A DNA stretch of 63,975 bases, the filler included, from an uncultured Methanosarcinales archaeon (GTDB lineage Archaea > Nanobdellota > Nanobdellia > Woesearchaeales > CAYSVS01), in assembly GCA_964434475.1 (NCBI GenBank). It is 21 parts of 21 records of this genome, joined end to end, with 100 filler letters (N's around TTAATTAATTAA, not from the genome) between each part and the next. Parts side by side here need not be neighbours in the genome. Positions count along the whole stretch, not along the records: positions 19,687 to 23,197 come from CAYSVS010000092.1; positions 23,298 to 26,344 come from CAYSVS010000094.1; positions 26,445 to 29,359 come from CAYSVS010000095.1; positions 29,460 to 32,281 come from CAYSVS010000096.1; 17 more parts are not named here. One strand, 5' to 3'. Both the position numbers and the translations under genes were made by a program. Below, one piece after another: positions 20,419 to 30,349 of the stretch; the first letter of the stretch is position 1, and every line of letters begins with the position of its first letter. The notes under the pieces were generated by a model, which ran no database searches, was not told the origin of the DNA, and was given only the letters and a program-made list of their open reading frames with translations.

Positions 20419-22005
20419 TCATTCCATAACCCTATATTCGTCTATTTCGTATCCATTAAAGTTTAGAAAATTGCATGCTTTTTCCATAAATTCCGACTCA
20501 TGAAACAAAGTAAAACAAGGATTCTTATTTATATGATATCCATGCATATCAAATATCACATTATTAAGCTGTTGTAAATAAGTGGTTTTAAAAGATCTTA
20601 TTGGAAGACATTTATCAGTCCCTAGGATTATATAGCTATTATCTTCATAAATCACAGGTAATGATTTTATAAAAGATTCATCATGAACATAATCTAAACC
20701 GCTAGATTGTTTAAATAAAATAATGATTTGACCTGCCTCAATGCTAGAATTTAACAATTCAATTCGCTGAAGCGGCAGAGATGGTCTGTCTAGATAATTT
20801 AACATCACCCACAAATTGGATGTTACTGAGCAATCTGAAAAATTCAGGTCATCTAATTTATTTATTGCAGAATTATAAATGTTGGGCGTATCGTATTCCT
20901 TATTAGGCATTTGAATCAATGTAATAGAAATATTAACAATAAAAATTATAACTGCAATTGAAATCAATAAATTTTTGTTACATTTTATCTTTTTGACCAT
21001 GTAGCGCAAACCTATATAAGCAAAGTAGAATGTCGGTAGAATCAAATTAAAAAGATATCTTGCATCTTTCATTGGAATGTTGCCATAACTATATATAGAA
21101 TAAAATAACAAGAAGAACATGATTATCTCTATTTTTAATTTACTGATAAGATTCAATAAAGATTTTAAATTATAATCTTTTAAAGTTTTGAGATGAATTA
21201 ACAAATTATATGCTATAATCAATATCCCTATTAAGAAAAAGGGGATTAAAATATTTTGAACTTGTAACAAGTGTGATAATTGCATAGGTTGAATTAAATA
21301 ATCTCTATAAAGGATATTATTGGCATACTGATCTGCAATGCTTGTGAAAAAATTACCAAACTTGTAGTAGTTGTAGATAAACCATGGTGAGATTACTATT
21401 CCGAATAATAGCAGGCTTTTTAATATTTGCTTAATTTTTAAATGTAGAAAAATAAGGGGAAAAAGAGCCAGTCCCGTATATCTTGATAATGCGCTTAACC
21501 CTAAAAACAAACCTGAAACAGGTTTATTTTCTATTAAAAAAACCAAAAAAAGCTCTAAAAAAACAAGAGATAATAATTCTGTGCCATTAATCAAACCATT
21601 GTTAAGTACATATAGATTAAGACTAATGGCATAAAATGCAATATGGTTAAATTTAATACTTTTTGCTAATCTAGCACTCGAATACATAAATAGGAATGAT
21701 GTTAAAATAATGAAGATAAATTCTGAAGCTCTCCATCCAACAAAACTAAACAAACCTATAATAAAAGGCATTAAAGGCGGTCTTAATGGCTCAAAATAAT
21801 TTCCATTCGCAAACCAATATTTCGCATTAAGGACATAGGAATTGAAATCCCAAGATAGATTTACAGAGTGCTGATAGATAAAAAAAGAAGTAGCAACAAT
21901 AAATATGATAAGGATTAACCTATTTTCTTTAATATATCTGAGTAATTTCTTAATCATTTTGTAATTATCCCCACAGCGAGTAATATTAGTAATATTCCTG
22001 TCCAT
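20419..22005 (-). CDS. Polytopic membrane glycosyltransferase (GT-C/ArnT-PMT-like); real start probably ~21957
   Basis: WDFNSY, RPPLMP, TELLS, SRYTG, DARYL motifs, many TM helices, next to GT2. Confidence 0.75.
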   Translation of the reverse strand: MDRNITNITRCGDNYKMIKKLLRYIKENRLILIIFIVATSFFIYQHSVNLSWDFNSYVLNAKYWFANGNYFEPLRPPLMPFIIGLFSFVGWRASEFIFIILTSFLFMYSSARLAKSIKFNHIAFYAISLNLYVLNNGLINGTELLSLVFLELFLVFLIENKPVSGLFLGLSALSRYTGLALFPLIFLHLKIKQILKSLLLFGIVISPWFIYNYYKFGNFFTSIADQYANNILYRDYLIQPMQLSHLLQVQNILIPFFLIGILIIAYNLLIHLKTLKDYNLKSLLNLISKLKIEIIMFFLLFYSIYSYGNIPMKDARYLFNLILPTFYFAYIGLRYMVKKIKCNKNLLISIAVIIFIVNISITLIQMPNKEYDTPNIYNSAINKLDDLNFSDCSVTSNLWVMLNYLDRPSLPLQRIELLNSSIEAGQIIILFKQSSGLDYVHDESFIKSLPVIYEDNSYIILGTDKCLPIRSFKTTYLQQLNNVIFDMHGYHINKNPCFTLFHESEFMEKACNFLNFNGYEIDEYRVME

Positions 22006-22298
22006 TTATACAATGGAAATGCCTCTTTTAAGAAAACAATTGAAAAAAATGTTACCCAAATGTAGCTTGTTGCAATGATAGGATATAAGATTGATAAATC
22101 TCCTTGTTTTAGCGCGAATACAAAAAGGATAGTAGCAATTCCGTAAAAAAATAAGCCTAAAAATAATTTCCAGTTAGTTAATAAAGATACAATCTCAAAA
22201 TTCAAGTTTTTTGAAGCTAATTTGAAGAATATTTGTCCTGTCGCCCCTAATAATGCACAAAAAGCAACAAGCAATATTATTGATAATTTTACTTGCAT
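21954..22298 (-). CDS. EamA/SMR-like small membrane protein (possible lipid-linked sugar flippase)
   Basis: Four TM helices, GQIFFK, LSILYP, FLKE motifs. Confidence 0.8.
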   Translation of the reverse strand: MQVKLSIILLVAFCALLGATGQIFFKLASKNLNFEIVSLLTNWKLFLGLFFYGIATILFVFALKQGDLSILYPIIATSYIWVTFFSIVFLKEAFPLYKWTGILLILLAVGIITK

Positions 22299-22299
22299 T

Positions 22300-23016
22300 T
22301 TATCTCACCTTGTATTTGCCTATTAGGTCATTATATCTAATTTTGAATAAATCAACAAGCATTTTAATACTGTCTTTTATCGGACTTACTTTGCTGCCTT
22401 TTTTATCAATCCAGACAACTGGTGCTTCTTTTATTTTATAACCTAATTTTTTGGCAATGAATAATATCTCAACATCAAATGAAAATCCATCAAAAGTTTG
22501 CAATGAAACAACTTTCTTTGCTATATTAGTCTTAAATAATTTGAAACCGCATTGGGTATCCTTAAAACCTCTTAAAGCTATCAAATTGACTAATAATGGA
22601 AAGATTTTCCCCATCAATTGCCTGTATAAGGGTTGTTTTAATTTTAGATCAGAATCTTTCAAATTTCTTGAAGCGATGACTATATCGTACTCTCGAATAT
22701 AATTCATAAATTTTCCTAATTCATCAATTGGTGTAGCCAAATCACTATCTGAAAATAACACTAAAGAATAGTTTGCATCTAATATTCCACGTTTAACAGA
22801 ATAACCTTTCCCCTTATTTTTTTTATTTCTTAAGATTTTAACATTGTTTTTTTTATATTTGGAAACAATATTATGTGTATTATCAGTAGAACAATCATCT
22901 ACAACAATAATCTCATACTTATCAAAGTTATGTTCTAAATAATAGATGACTCTCTTTACTGTAGGTTCTATTCGATTTTCTTCATTATAGGCAGGAATTA
23001 TGACTGAAATTTCCAT
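22300..23016 (-). CDS. GT2 glycosyltransferase, dolichyl-phosphate beta-glucosyltransferase-like
   Basis: SVIIPAYNEE, VVDDCSTD, NKGKG, FSDSDL, DTQCGFKLF, FDVEIL. Confidence 0.92.
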   Translation of the reverse strand: MEISVIIPAYNEENRIEPTVKRVIYYLEHNFDKYEIIVVDDCSTDNTHNIVSKYKKNNVKILRNKKNKGKGYSVKRGILDANYSLVLFSDSDLATPIDELGKFMNYIREYDIVIASRNLKDSDLKLKQPLYRQLMGKIFPLLVNLIALRGFKDTQCGFKLFKTNIAKKVVSLQTFDGFSFDVEILFIAKKLGYKIKEAPVVWIDKKGSKVSPIKDSIKMLVDLFKIRYNDLIGKYKVR

Positions 23017-23099
23017 TAACTAACACCCTATTTCATATATACTTTTTTGTATTTTTACATATTCATTTTTTTCCATTTTTATCTCATTAAACCTAAATC

Positions 23100-23197
23100 T
23101 CACTCATACCTTAACGCATCAACTGGATTTAGTTTTGATGCTCTATAAGCTGGAATTGCTCCAGCAATCATTCCAATAATAACTGAAAACAATAAAG
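23100..23197 (-). CDS. MacB/FtsX-like ABC permease C-terminal fragment
   Basis: Hand translation ...GMIAGAIPAYRASKLNPVDALRYE-stop. Confidence 0.8.
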
Positions 23198-23297
23198 NNN
23201 NNNNNNNNNNNNNNNNNNNNNNNNNNNNNNNNNNNNNNNNNTTAATTAATTAANNNNNNNNNNNNNNNNNNNNNNNNNNNNNNNNNNNNNNNNNNNN

Positions 23298-23436
23298 GGT
23301 CGATCACGCCCCGCAGGCAATCCCAGGAATAGGAATTCCAGCCGTCTGTTTTGACGCTTGCGGTGGCCCTCAAGGGTTCGATGGTCGAGACATAAAGACA
23401 CGGATAGCCTGCTTTCAAGTAGTCGTTCAAATTCAT
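23298..23436 (-). CDS. N-terminal fragment of a possible AAA ATPase (cut by contig edge)
   Basis: MNLNDYLKAGYPCLYVSTIEP...WDC resembles N-termini of Ycf46-like AAA proteins; AAAGGAG RBS. Confidence 0.5.
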
Positions 23437-23465
23437 GACGCTTCTCCTTTCTGTTTGGATTGAAT

Positions 23466-23497
23466 AAAAAAACCCTTCCGGCATGAAACCGGAAGGG
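23466..23497 (-). terminator. Intrinsic terminator-like hairpin
   Basis: CCCTTCCGG-CATGAAA-CCGGAAGGG stem with T-run on minus strand. Confidence 0.7.
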
Positions 23498-23527
23498 CGT
23501 TTCAAAAAGTGTTCCATTGGTTGTGCG

Positions 23528-23875
23528 TTAACTTACATAATCTTCGAGCCTGCGAATAATGGTAAACGGCGCGAGATCGTACCGGCCGACGTGGCTTTCG
23601 ACATCATGGGATTCGACGAAAACCTCACCGGTCGTTTCCCTGCTCCCAAACACCTCGAGACCGATATACCCGAGCCGGTCGTTTTTGCTCAGAACAAAGA
23701 TCCGGCCGTTTTCCCGGTAAACATGGATGTCATCGGAATAGCCTGCCGCAATTTTATGGACATGCAGGCCGATTCTATCCCGGAAAACGATTTCAAGACA
23801 CGGGTTGAACCGACCGGCTGTGTGCATATCAGAAAAGGATTCTTTTTGGATGGAAAAGCCTTTAAATCGCCGCAT
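23528..23875 (-). CDS. Hypothetical protein
   Basis: AGGAGGTG RBS before ATG; co-oriented with neighbours. Confidence 0.7.
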   Translation of the reverse strand: MRRFKGFSIQKESFSDMHTAGRFNPCLEIVFRDRIGLHVHKIAAGYSDDIHVYRENGRIFVLSKNDRLGYIGLEVFGSRETTGEVFVESHDVESHVGRYDLAPFTIIRRLEDYVS

Positions 23876-24037
23876 GATTCACCTCCTCTCTTTCAGTTTC
23901 GGGCACGGCGCCGGTAAGAACCCGGCGGATCACCTTTTCGGTATCGGAGAGTACGCGAAGCCAGGCAGTCATACCCGATTCATCGGGATACCCTTATTTA
24001 CGGGCTTACTGAAACGAGGTTCGTTGTTGGCCTGAGA

Positions 24038-25678
24038 TTAGGCATCATTCGCTACAGTCATGGGTGGCTGCATTGTTTTTACGCTGCCGTCTTTATGCTC
24101 CATCCTGACTCTGCCGTCAGAGTAGACATGAGTTGCTGTCCAATCGGGCGAGATGTGACTTAGCAGTGTAATGATGTTCTGACGGAGTTGCTCATCCGGG
24201 CCGATGAGGTTCGCCCAAAATCGGTTGAGGTCTTCCTCAAAGGCGAATAGTTGCGTATCGTAGGTATCCCCATCTTCATACCAGCCGCCCAGATGATACC
24301 AGATCTCATAAGATTGGAGGCGATTCTGTGCTTGAGCTGTGACCATGATGTGATCATCCGTCCAACATGGCTTGGTTTTCAATGAAAGCGGCGCTTTGGC
24401 CATGCAGACAGGAGAGGAGAAGACTTTGCTGTCACTGGTATGTACAGTAATGCTCAACTCGCCCACGCAGGTCAGTTCACCTGACCACAGGCATTCACTG
24501 TAAAGCTTATTGCCGAGTTTCACCTCAACTTTCCCGATTGTCGGCAACATGGCCCAGGAATAACCATCGTAAAATGAGTTGATGCTGACGGGTATGAAGG
24601 GATCCTTGAATGTACCGAGCGCCGCCAGGATATGTGCATTTACATCATCACCATCCGCGCCCTGCGCCTTGGAGTCGAAGCGATAGCAACTCTTCAGGGG
24701 GAAGGTTTCGGGCATGACAACCTCTACCGGTTCCGGAGATTCCGTATCAGCAAGCAGCCCTGTGTCGAAAGTTGGCTTTGCCTCGGGAAGCGTGATACCG
24801 AGCTCCTTGGCACGGAGGAATTCCTTGTACGGCAGCTTGTGCTCTCCTTTACTTTCAATGTAGCGGTACGCCTCCATCTCGATTGCCGCCAGTAGTTGCT
24901 TGTATACGTCGTCCTCCACGAGACGTGTTCGGGCCGGCAGCATCAACCGGATTCCGGTTGGCCCACCTGTAAGATCCACCAGATAGCACAGCCTGTGGTC
25001 ACTGATCGGGTGATAGTCGAATGTGACGAACTGTCCGTGGAAATTAACGATCCCCCTATTGATGAACCATCGGTCGCCCCTACATGACTTGTGCCACCGG
25101 GTCAGTTGCGCGTATTCAATGATTTCTATCTTACAGCCCAGTTCAGGATGACGGGCGGCATTCCCAGACACAAACGGCAGCATGGGGCAGCGTTTTCCAT
25201 CCACTATTACCAGCATACCGGAAAAGACGGCGTTGATGTCCACTTTCGACAATTCCCACGGCTCATCCTGGAACCGCAGGATAGCGCCTTTTCGTACCGG
25301 CGTTGGGTCATCAAGAACCTCAATTGGCGCACTCGTCCAGCCATCCTTTGTAATGGTGGCCATCTTGCCCTTCGACCGAATGATAACTTCGCGCGGCGCC
25401 AGGCAGAATATACCAACGCCTGCGGGGTCTTCACTTGCTTCACAGGCATCGTTCCAGTCTGATCCGCCGAGATCCAGAAGCTTGGCAAAATTGCCTATGC
25501 CATGGCCGTTATCCTTAATTGTTACCCAGCCGTCTTTGTTTCCGATGCTGACTTTTGTTGCACCAGCCCGCCGGGCGTTCTGCAGGAGCTCAATTATCCT
25601 GCCACGTAAGGTGCCGGTAAAGAGCCTGTCTGCTTTACCCAGCAGTCTTTGGTTTACACATGCTTGTATGGTTTCCAT
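24038..25678 (-). CDS. GHKL (HATPase_c) domain protein
   Basis: ELLQNARRAGAT, IKDNGHGI, AGVGIF motifs; AAGGAGG RBS. Confidence 0.85.
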   Translation of the reverse strand: METIQACVNQRLLGKADRLFTGTLRGRIIELLQNARRAGATKVSIGNKDGWVTIKDNGHGIGNFAKLLDLGGSDWNDACEASEDPAGVGIFCLAPREVIIRSKGKMATITKDGWTSAPIEVLDDPTPVRKGAILRFQDEPWELSKVDINAVFSGMLVIVDGKRCPMLPFVSGNAARHPELGCKIEIIEYAQLTRWHKSCRGDRWFINRGIVNFHGQFVTFDYHPISDHRLCYLVDLTGGPTGIRLMLPARTRLVEDDVYKQLLAAIEMEAYRYIESKGEHKLPYKEFLRAKELGITLPEAKPTFDTGLLADTESPEPVEVVMPETFPLKSCYRFDSKAQGADGDDVNAHILAALGTFKDPFIPVSINSFYDGYSWAMLPTIGKVEVKLGNKLYSECLWSGELTCVGELSITVHTSDSKVFSSPVCMAKAPLSLKTKPCWTDDHIMVTAQAQNRLQSYEIWYHLGGWYEDGDTYDTQLFAFEEDLNRFWANLIGPDEQLRQNIITLLSHISPDWTATHVYSDGRVRMEHKDGSVKTMQPPMTVANDA

Positions 25679-25716
25679 TTCGATTACCTCCTTATCTTTC
25701 TATTGTCAGAAAACTT

Positions 25717-25751
25717 AAAAAAGCCCTCTGGTTATGATTTCCAGAGGGCTT
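25717..25751 (-). terminator. Intrinsic terminator-like hairpin
   Basis: AAGCCCTCTGG...CCAGAGGGCTT stem with T-run on minus strand. Confidence 0.7.
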
Positions 25752-25807
25752 GTGGATGAAACGCATCTTCAGTGGCTTATAATTATACTCTTGCCTGTTG
25801 TTCCTAC

Positions 25808-26044
25808 TTAGATATCAAGTTGTTTGTTCAGGGCCCCCTCTCTATAGCCGTTTTTCATCTTCACAGTTCCCCATCCGTAAAACCATGACCTCCAGTCAAC
25901 CTCGCTTCCGATCTTCCTGGCACGTTCCACCATGTCCAAAGCCTCCCGGTGCGTTTCAAAGGGCCCTGCTACCAAGTTGAATCGGTCGCCGTCCACTATC
26001 GAAACATAATAGCATTCGCTGTCTGTCCAGTTCCCGCGTTTCAT
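25808..26044 (-). CDS. Small hypothetical protein (phage/plasmid-like)
   Basis: GGAGG RBS before MKRGNW...; AGPFETH motif. Confidence 0.6.
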   Translation of the reverse strand: MKRGNWTDSECYYVSIVDGDRFNLVAGPFETHREALDMVERARKIGSEVDWRSWFYGWGTVKMKNGYREGALNKQLDI

Positions 26045-26444
26045 TGTTTTACCTCCTCCATCCATTCAATTATTACCTGTTTCTTTGACAGCTTCGCTGG
26101 CCTCATCAACCTGAGGCCATGCCATTTGCCTTTTTCTGGTTTTACCTCTCCAGGCAAGGAATATACGTGTTACACTAACAAGCTCACATCTCTGACATAA
26201 TCCCTGCCATCGGATTCGATGATCTCGATAAAATGTGTCACATCCTGAACAGCGCAGGAAAATCGTCCACCACCGAACCGCACTAAAACCGGCTGTAATC
26301 TGTGCTCCAGCACAATATCCGGAACGTCCTTATCAGTGATGAAANNNNNNNNNNNNNNNNNNNNNNNNNNNNNNNNNNNNNNNNNNNNTTAATTAATTAA
26401 NNNNNNNNNNNNNNNNNNNNNNNNNNNNNNNNNNNNNNNNNNNN

Positions 26445-27012
26445 TTATTGCACTAAATATATTTTTACCAGAATCATCCTTTGCTGTGCTACTTTGACCG
26501 CTTCCTGAACTAATCAGATTGCCATCTTTATTATATTTATCATCATTAGAATTTCGGTTCATAAATTTGGTCGTGATTGATTTAGTATTTGCATCTGGCT
26601 TGCTTTTTGCAGCAGTCTTGATATCATAGCCACCGTCTGCATTTTTCTTCACATCTGTTACATCTTTGTATGTCTGGCCGTTTATAGTAAGTTCTTCTGC
26701 TGATGCGATTTGTCCGTTTTTGAAGGTTGCGCCTTTTGTGTCTACAGGATTTTCATAACCTTTTGGAGTAACTTTGCCAGAATATTTTCCACCTGTCATC
26801 TCACCAGGACCTTCATAAGTTTCTCCTGATGGGCTTGTGTATGTTGCGCCTTCTGGGATTGTTGCAGTAGCTTCAGGATTGGTTATGGCGTTTTGGAATG
26901 TTTCTGGGTTGAATTTGTTTTCTTCTCCGTCACCGCCGCCAAGAGAATACACTAAATTAGTAGAAAGAATTACTAAAAAAACAATTAATATAAATTTATT
27001 TAATTTATTCAT
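26445..27012 (-). CDS. Exported surface protein N-terminal part (paralogue of 28716-29359 and 49635-50507); cut by contig edge
   Basis: Signal peptide, shared PEATATIPEGATYTSPSGETYEGPG block. Confidence 0.8.
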
Positions 27013-27043
27013 TAATACACTCCTCTTTTTTTTCTTTATTTAT

Positions 27044-27781
27044 TCAATAATTCTTTTTTTGTTCATTACATGAATTGTTAAATCTATAAACTGATTTTCC
27101 GTTTGGATTAATTATATTTTCTTTGACCCAGTTATCTTTTAAAAAAGGTAGCCACTCTTTTTGAATTCTCCAATCAGCATCCGGACCCCCTCTCAATATA
27201 TCTATCTGCTTTAGTTTGCCGTCATTCTTTTCTGGAGTCTCGCCTTTAAGCAAATCAAAATATGAAAACATGACGATTGAAGGTATTCTAAATGTATTAA
27301 CACCAAAAAGATTATTTCTTGTAGCAACTCCATCATATCTTGTCCTTTCTGCGCCTGAATTCTTATCTGTATTATAAACTATAAAATTAATCTTGTCACC
27401 ATATTTTTCAATTAATTTTTTGAAGATTATTGTGTCTCTTTTTGAATAACCTCCTTTTGAATCATCATAATTGCCATAAAACAATACCATCGCTGGTTTA
27501 TCTGTCTCAAGAAGTTTGTGCAGATCAGTCCTTCCTCTGCCTTGATATGTTGCATATTTAACATCAGTGCCTGCAAGAATATCTTCGCAGGTTTTCATTG
27601 CCATATACTTTTTAATCTCTTTTTCTGTAATTTCTTCAACCTTTTTCTGTTCTTGAGCATAAGCTGGTTTTGTAACTATGTTTGTATTGTATGTCGCATC
27701 TACACCAGTTAATGCAGCATAACCTAGAATAGCTAAAGCAGATGTTTTTACAATTGTGTTTTTCAAAAGGTTTTCTAGCAT
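27044..27781 (-). CDS. Exported thioredoxin-like-fold protein lacking CxxC
   Basis: Signal peptide; DKPAMVLFY, LIEKYGDKINF, IPSIVMF match the Trx strand/helix/cis-Pro layout; paralogue at 49000-49620. Confidence 0.65.
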   Translation of the reverse strand: MLENLLKNTIVKTSALAILGYAALTGVDATYNTNIVTKPAYAQEQKKVEEITEKEIKKYMAMKTCEDILAGTDVKYATYQGRGRTDLHKLLETDKPAMVLFYGNYDDSKGGYSKRDTIIFKKLIEKYGDKINFIVYNTDKNSGAERTRYDGVATRNNLFGVNTFRIPSIVMFSYFDLLKGETPEKNDGKLKQIDILRGGPDADWRIQKEWLPFLKDNWVKENIINPNGKSVYRFNNSCNEQKKNY

Positions 27782-27871
27782 ATTTAATACATTCTATATA
27801 TTATAAGTTTATAAATCTTATGGGTGTTTTGTTAAGAATAGAAGACGACTTGATAATTATGTTGATTCTAC

Positions 27872-28708
27872 TTATTTTCTATTTTTTGTTTTTCTTTCAA
27901 TCAATCCTGAATACTTCTGTTTAGATATTATTTGTTTTCCTGTTTTTTTCTCAATTTCTTTGCGAGTATTATGCGCAACTTCTCCGCCTTCTTTTGCAGA
28001 ATCTTTGCATTGATGCAATCCTTTTGAGTTTTTTGCAACAGTTATGTCTGTTGTTGCTTTTTCGCCTACCATAGTAAGTATAAGTTCCCAATCAGTCATA
28101 TGGTCTCTTAAGTTTTGGTTTTTCTTTTGCAAATTTTTGAATTCTTTATACTTTTGCACAGTCTTTCCGAAAGTGGCTTTGCTTATCTCATTTGTAAGTA
28201 TTGCATAATCTGTTTCTTTATTAACACCTCTTGATCTCCATTCATCAGTCAAACTTTGTCTTATTGCAATACCTCTTAATCTTTTATCAATCCATTCTCT
28301 AGGATATCCTTTAAGTTCGTAATAGTTTTTTATTCTATCTTGGCCTAATTCAGGATTTTCTATCTCTTGTACTCTTTCATATCCTACTTTGGCAAGCCAC
28401 AGTTTGAAAGGCTCAGCTTTTTTTGAAGGTATTGATTGGATTAGCCTAAACATATTCTTCGTGTTTGCGCAGTCTGTACTGTAATATTTGCCGTCAGCTG
28501 CTTCCAATTTCAGTTGTACCCAAATTGGGGACAACTCAAGAGTCTTGAATTCTCTATCTTTAATTTTACCCCAATACTGCCTAGGTGTTGGACTATCTGT
28601 TAATACTTTAATAACATCAACGATGGAGAAATACCATTCATCATTATGCCAAATTCTCCGTATTTTTTTGTCTTGAAATACAACAAGAGCATTATTTTGT
28701 TCTTTCAT
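27872..28708 (-). CDS. Bro-N domain DNA-binding protein
   Basis: FQDKKIRRIWHNDEWYFSIVDVI, RLIQSIPSKKAEPFKLWLA, NLRDHM. Confidence 0.9.
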   Translation of the reverse strand: MKEQNNALVVFQDKKIRRIWHNDEWYFSIVDVIKVLTDSPTPRQYWGKIKDREFKTLELSPIWVQLKLEAADGKYYSTDCANTKNMFRLIQSIPSKKAEPFKLWLAKVGYERVQEIENPELGQDRIKNYYELKGYPREWIDKRLRGIAIRQSLTDEWRSRGVNKETDYAILTNEISKATFGKTVQKYKEFKNLQKKNQNLRDHMTDWELILTMVGEKATTDITVAKNSKGLHQCKDSAKEGGEVAHNTRKEIEKKTGKQIISKQKYSGLIERKTKNRK

Positions 28709-28715
28709 TGTAAAA

Positions 28716-29359
28716 TTAAAAGCATTGCTTATTTATATAGCTTACGCGCACTTGTCCAGTGGTGCTAGAAAGGTTTAATATTTGCTTAGTAATCTTAGCT
28801 CTTGTCAGTTCGCCTGCATCTAATTCGAATTTGCTGTCTTTTACTTTGTTGAATATTTTATCGTCTATTATGACCTGGTCAGCGTATGCAAGCCTGAAAG
28901 TGCCGTCAAAAGGTATGAATATGTTTTTGGCAAACGTTGATGTAGAGGAATCATAAGTGAAGGAATCTGCTTCACCGATATGTATTCCGTCTTCACTTAC
29001 TTCAAGACCTTCATAATTTATTGCACTAAATATATTTTTACCAGAATCATCCTTTGCTGTGCTACTTTGACCTTTCTCTGAGCTTATCAAATTGCCATTT
29101 GAATCGTATTTATCATTTTGAGAATTCTTGTTTGTAAACTTTGTTGGAATTGATTTAGGTTTTGCGTTTGGTTTGCTTTCTGCAGCAGTTTTGATATCAT
29201 AGCCACCGTCTGCATTTTTCTTCACATCTGTTACGTCTTTGTATGTCTGGCCGTTTATAGTTACTTCTTCTGCTGATGCGATTTGTCCGTTTTTGAAGGT
29301 TGCGCCTTTTGTTTCTACGGGATTTGCAAAACCTTTTGGAATGACTTTTCCAGAATATT
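28716..29359 (-). CDS. Surface protein paralogue, partial (5' cut by contig edge)
   Basis: 29018-29359 is a diverged direct repeat of 26445-~26786. Confidence 0.75.
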
Positions 29360-29531
29360 NNNNNNNNNNNNNNNNNNNNNNNNNNNNNNNNNNNNNNNNN
29401 NNNTTAATTAATTAANNNNNNNNNNNNNNNNNNNNNNNNNNNNNNNNNNNNNNNNNNNNTATGATTTTAACGAAGATAACAACATTAGAATTTTCGGTTT
29501 TAACCTCTGTGGAGACGAGCCCCGAATTGAG

Positions 29532-29554
29532 TTTAACATTAGGACACTGTTATA
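29532..29554. other. Palindromic spacer site 1 of cassette-like array
   Basis: TTTAACA-N9-TGTTATA. Confidence 0.6.
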
Positions 29555-29621
29555 ATCTTCCGTTAGGAACGAGGAATAGTTTGCAAGACGGTTTTTGACG
29601 AAGTCAAAAAATTCCGAAGAG

Positions 29622-30265
29622 TTAATTCTGAGTGCCGTTAAGTATGTATATATAAAAAGATTTTTAGTTGTGATATGAAACAAATTTATGAATAAATTTG
29701 GGAATTAGCAAAACCTTATTATGAAAAAGGTCGTTCTATGGATATTGATCATATAGAATGTATGATGCAAGATGCATTTTTTATTTGTAAAAAGGAAAAC
29801 CTTGATGATTCTCTACTGCTTCCATTAGTGATATTACATGATGTTGGATATGCTGAAGTACCAAAGGATAATCCATTCAAATTAAATTTAAGAAAAGCAC
29901 ATATGGAAGCAGGAGCTAAAATTGCCAGACAAATATTAGAAAAATTAAATTATCCTAAAGACAAAATTGGAAAAATTGAATATTATATTTCAGTTCATGA
30001 TAATTGGGCTTTAGGAGACAATTCAGTTTATGAGGATGATTTAATTTTGGCGGTTTTTACTGATTTAGATTATATATGGATGGCTACACCAAAAGGTTTT
30101 CCTGCTTTAATGAAAATTTTGGATAAAAACAAACAAGAAATGCTTGAATATTTGGAAAAAAATGACAAACCCAAACTAAGACCTTTTTCTACAAAAACAA
30201 CTAAAATTGTTTATGAAGAATATCTTGCAGATAGGCGAAAAGAAGTTCTAGGCACTCAGAATTAA
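29622..30265. mobile_element. Putative gene cassette 1 bounded by a perfect 15-bp inverted repeat
   Basis: TTAATTCTGAGTGCC (29622-29636) / GGCACTCAGAATTAA (30251-30265). Confidence 0.6.
29675..30265 (+). pseudogene. HD-domain phosphohydrolase with an early in-frame TAA (ORF track starts at 29738)
   Basis: MKQIYE*IWELAKPYYEKGRSMDIDH...ILHDVGY...HMEAG...HD...DLD. Confidence 0.75.
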
Positions 30266-30349
30266 TTGATTATAAGATCGGGCCCTGTTAAATGAGGGTG
30301 AGCCGAAGGCGAAAGTGCAACGTCCCCGAATGACTGAAAGGAAGGAGAG
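30266..30349. repeat. Structured inter-cassette spacer
   Basis: TATAAGA-N8-TGTTAAA, then AGGGTGAGC..GAAG.CGAAAG.GCA.CGTCCCC shared with 31292-31365. Confidence 0.7.

Noticed and set aside
27771..28771. 9-bp inverted repeat TTTCTAGCA/TGCTAGAAA around Bro-N as an invertible segment
   Set aside because: Too short, one copy is the start of a coding sequence, and both Bro-N copies have the same orientation relative to neighbours.
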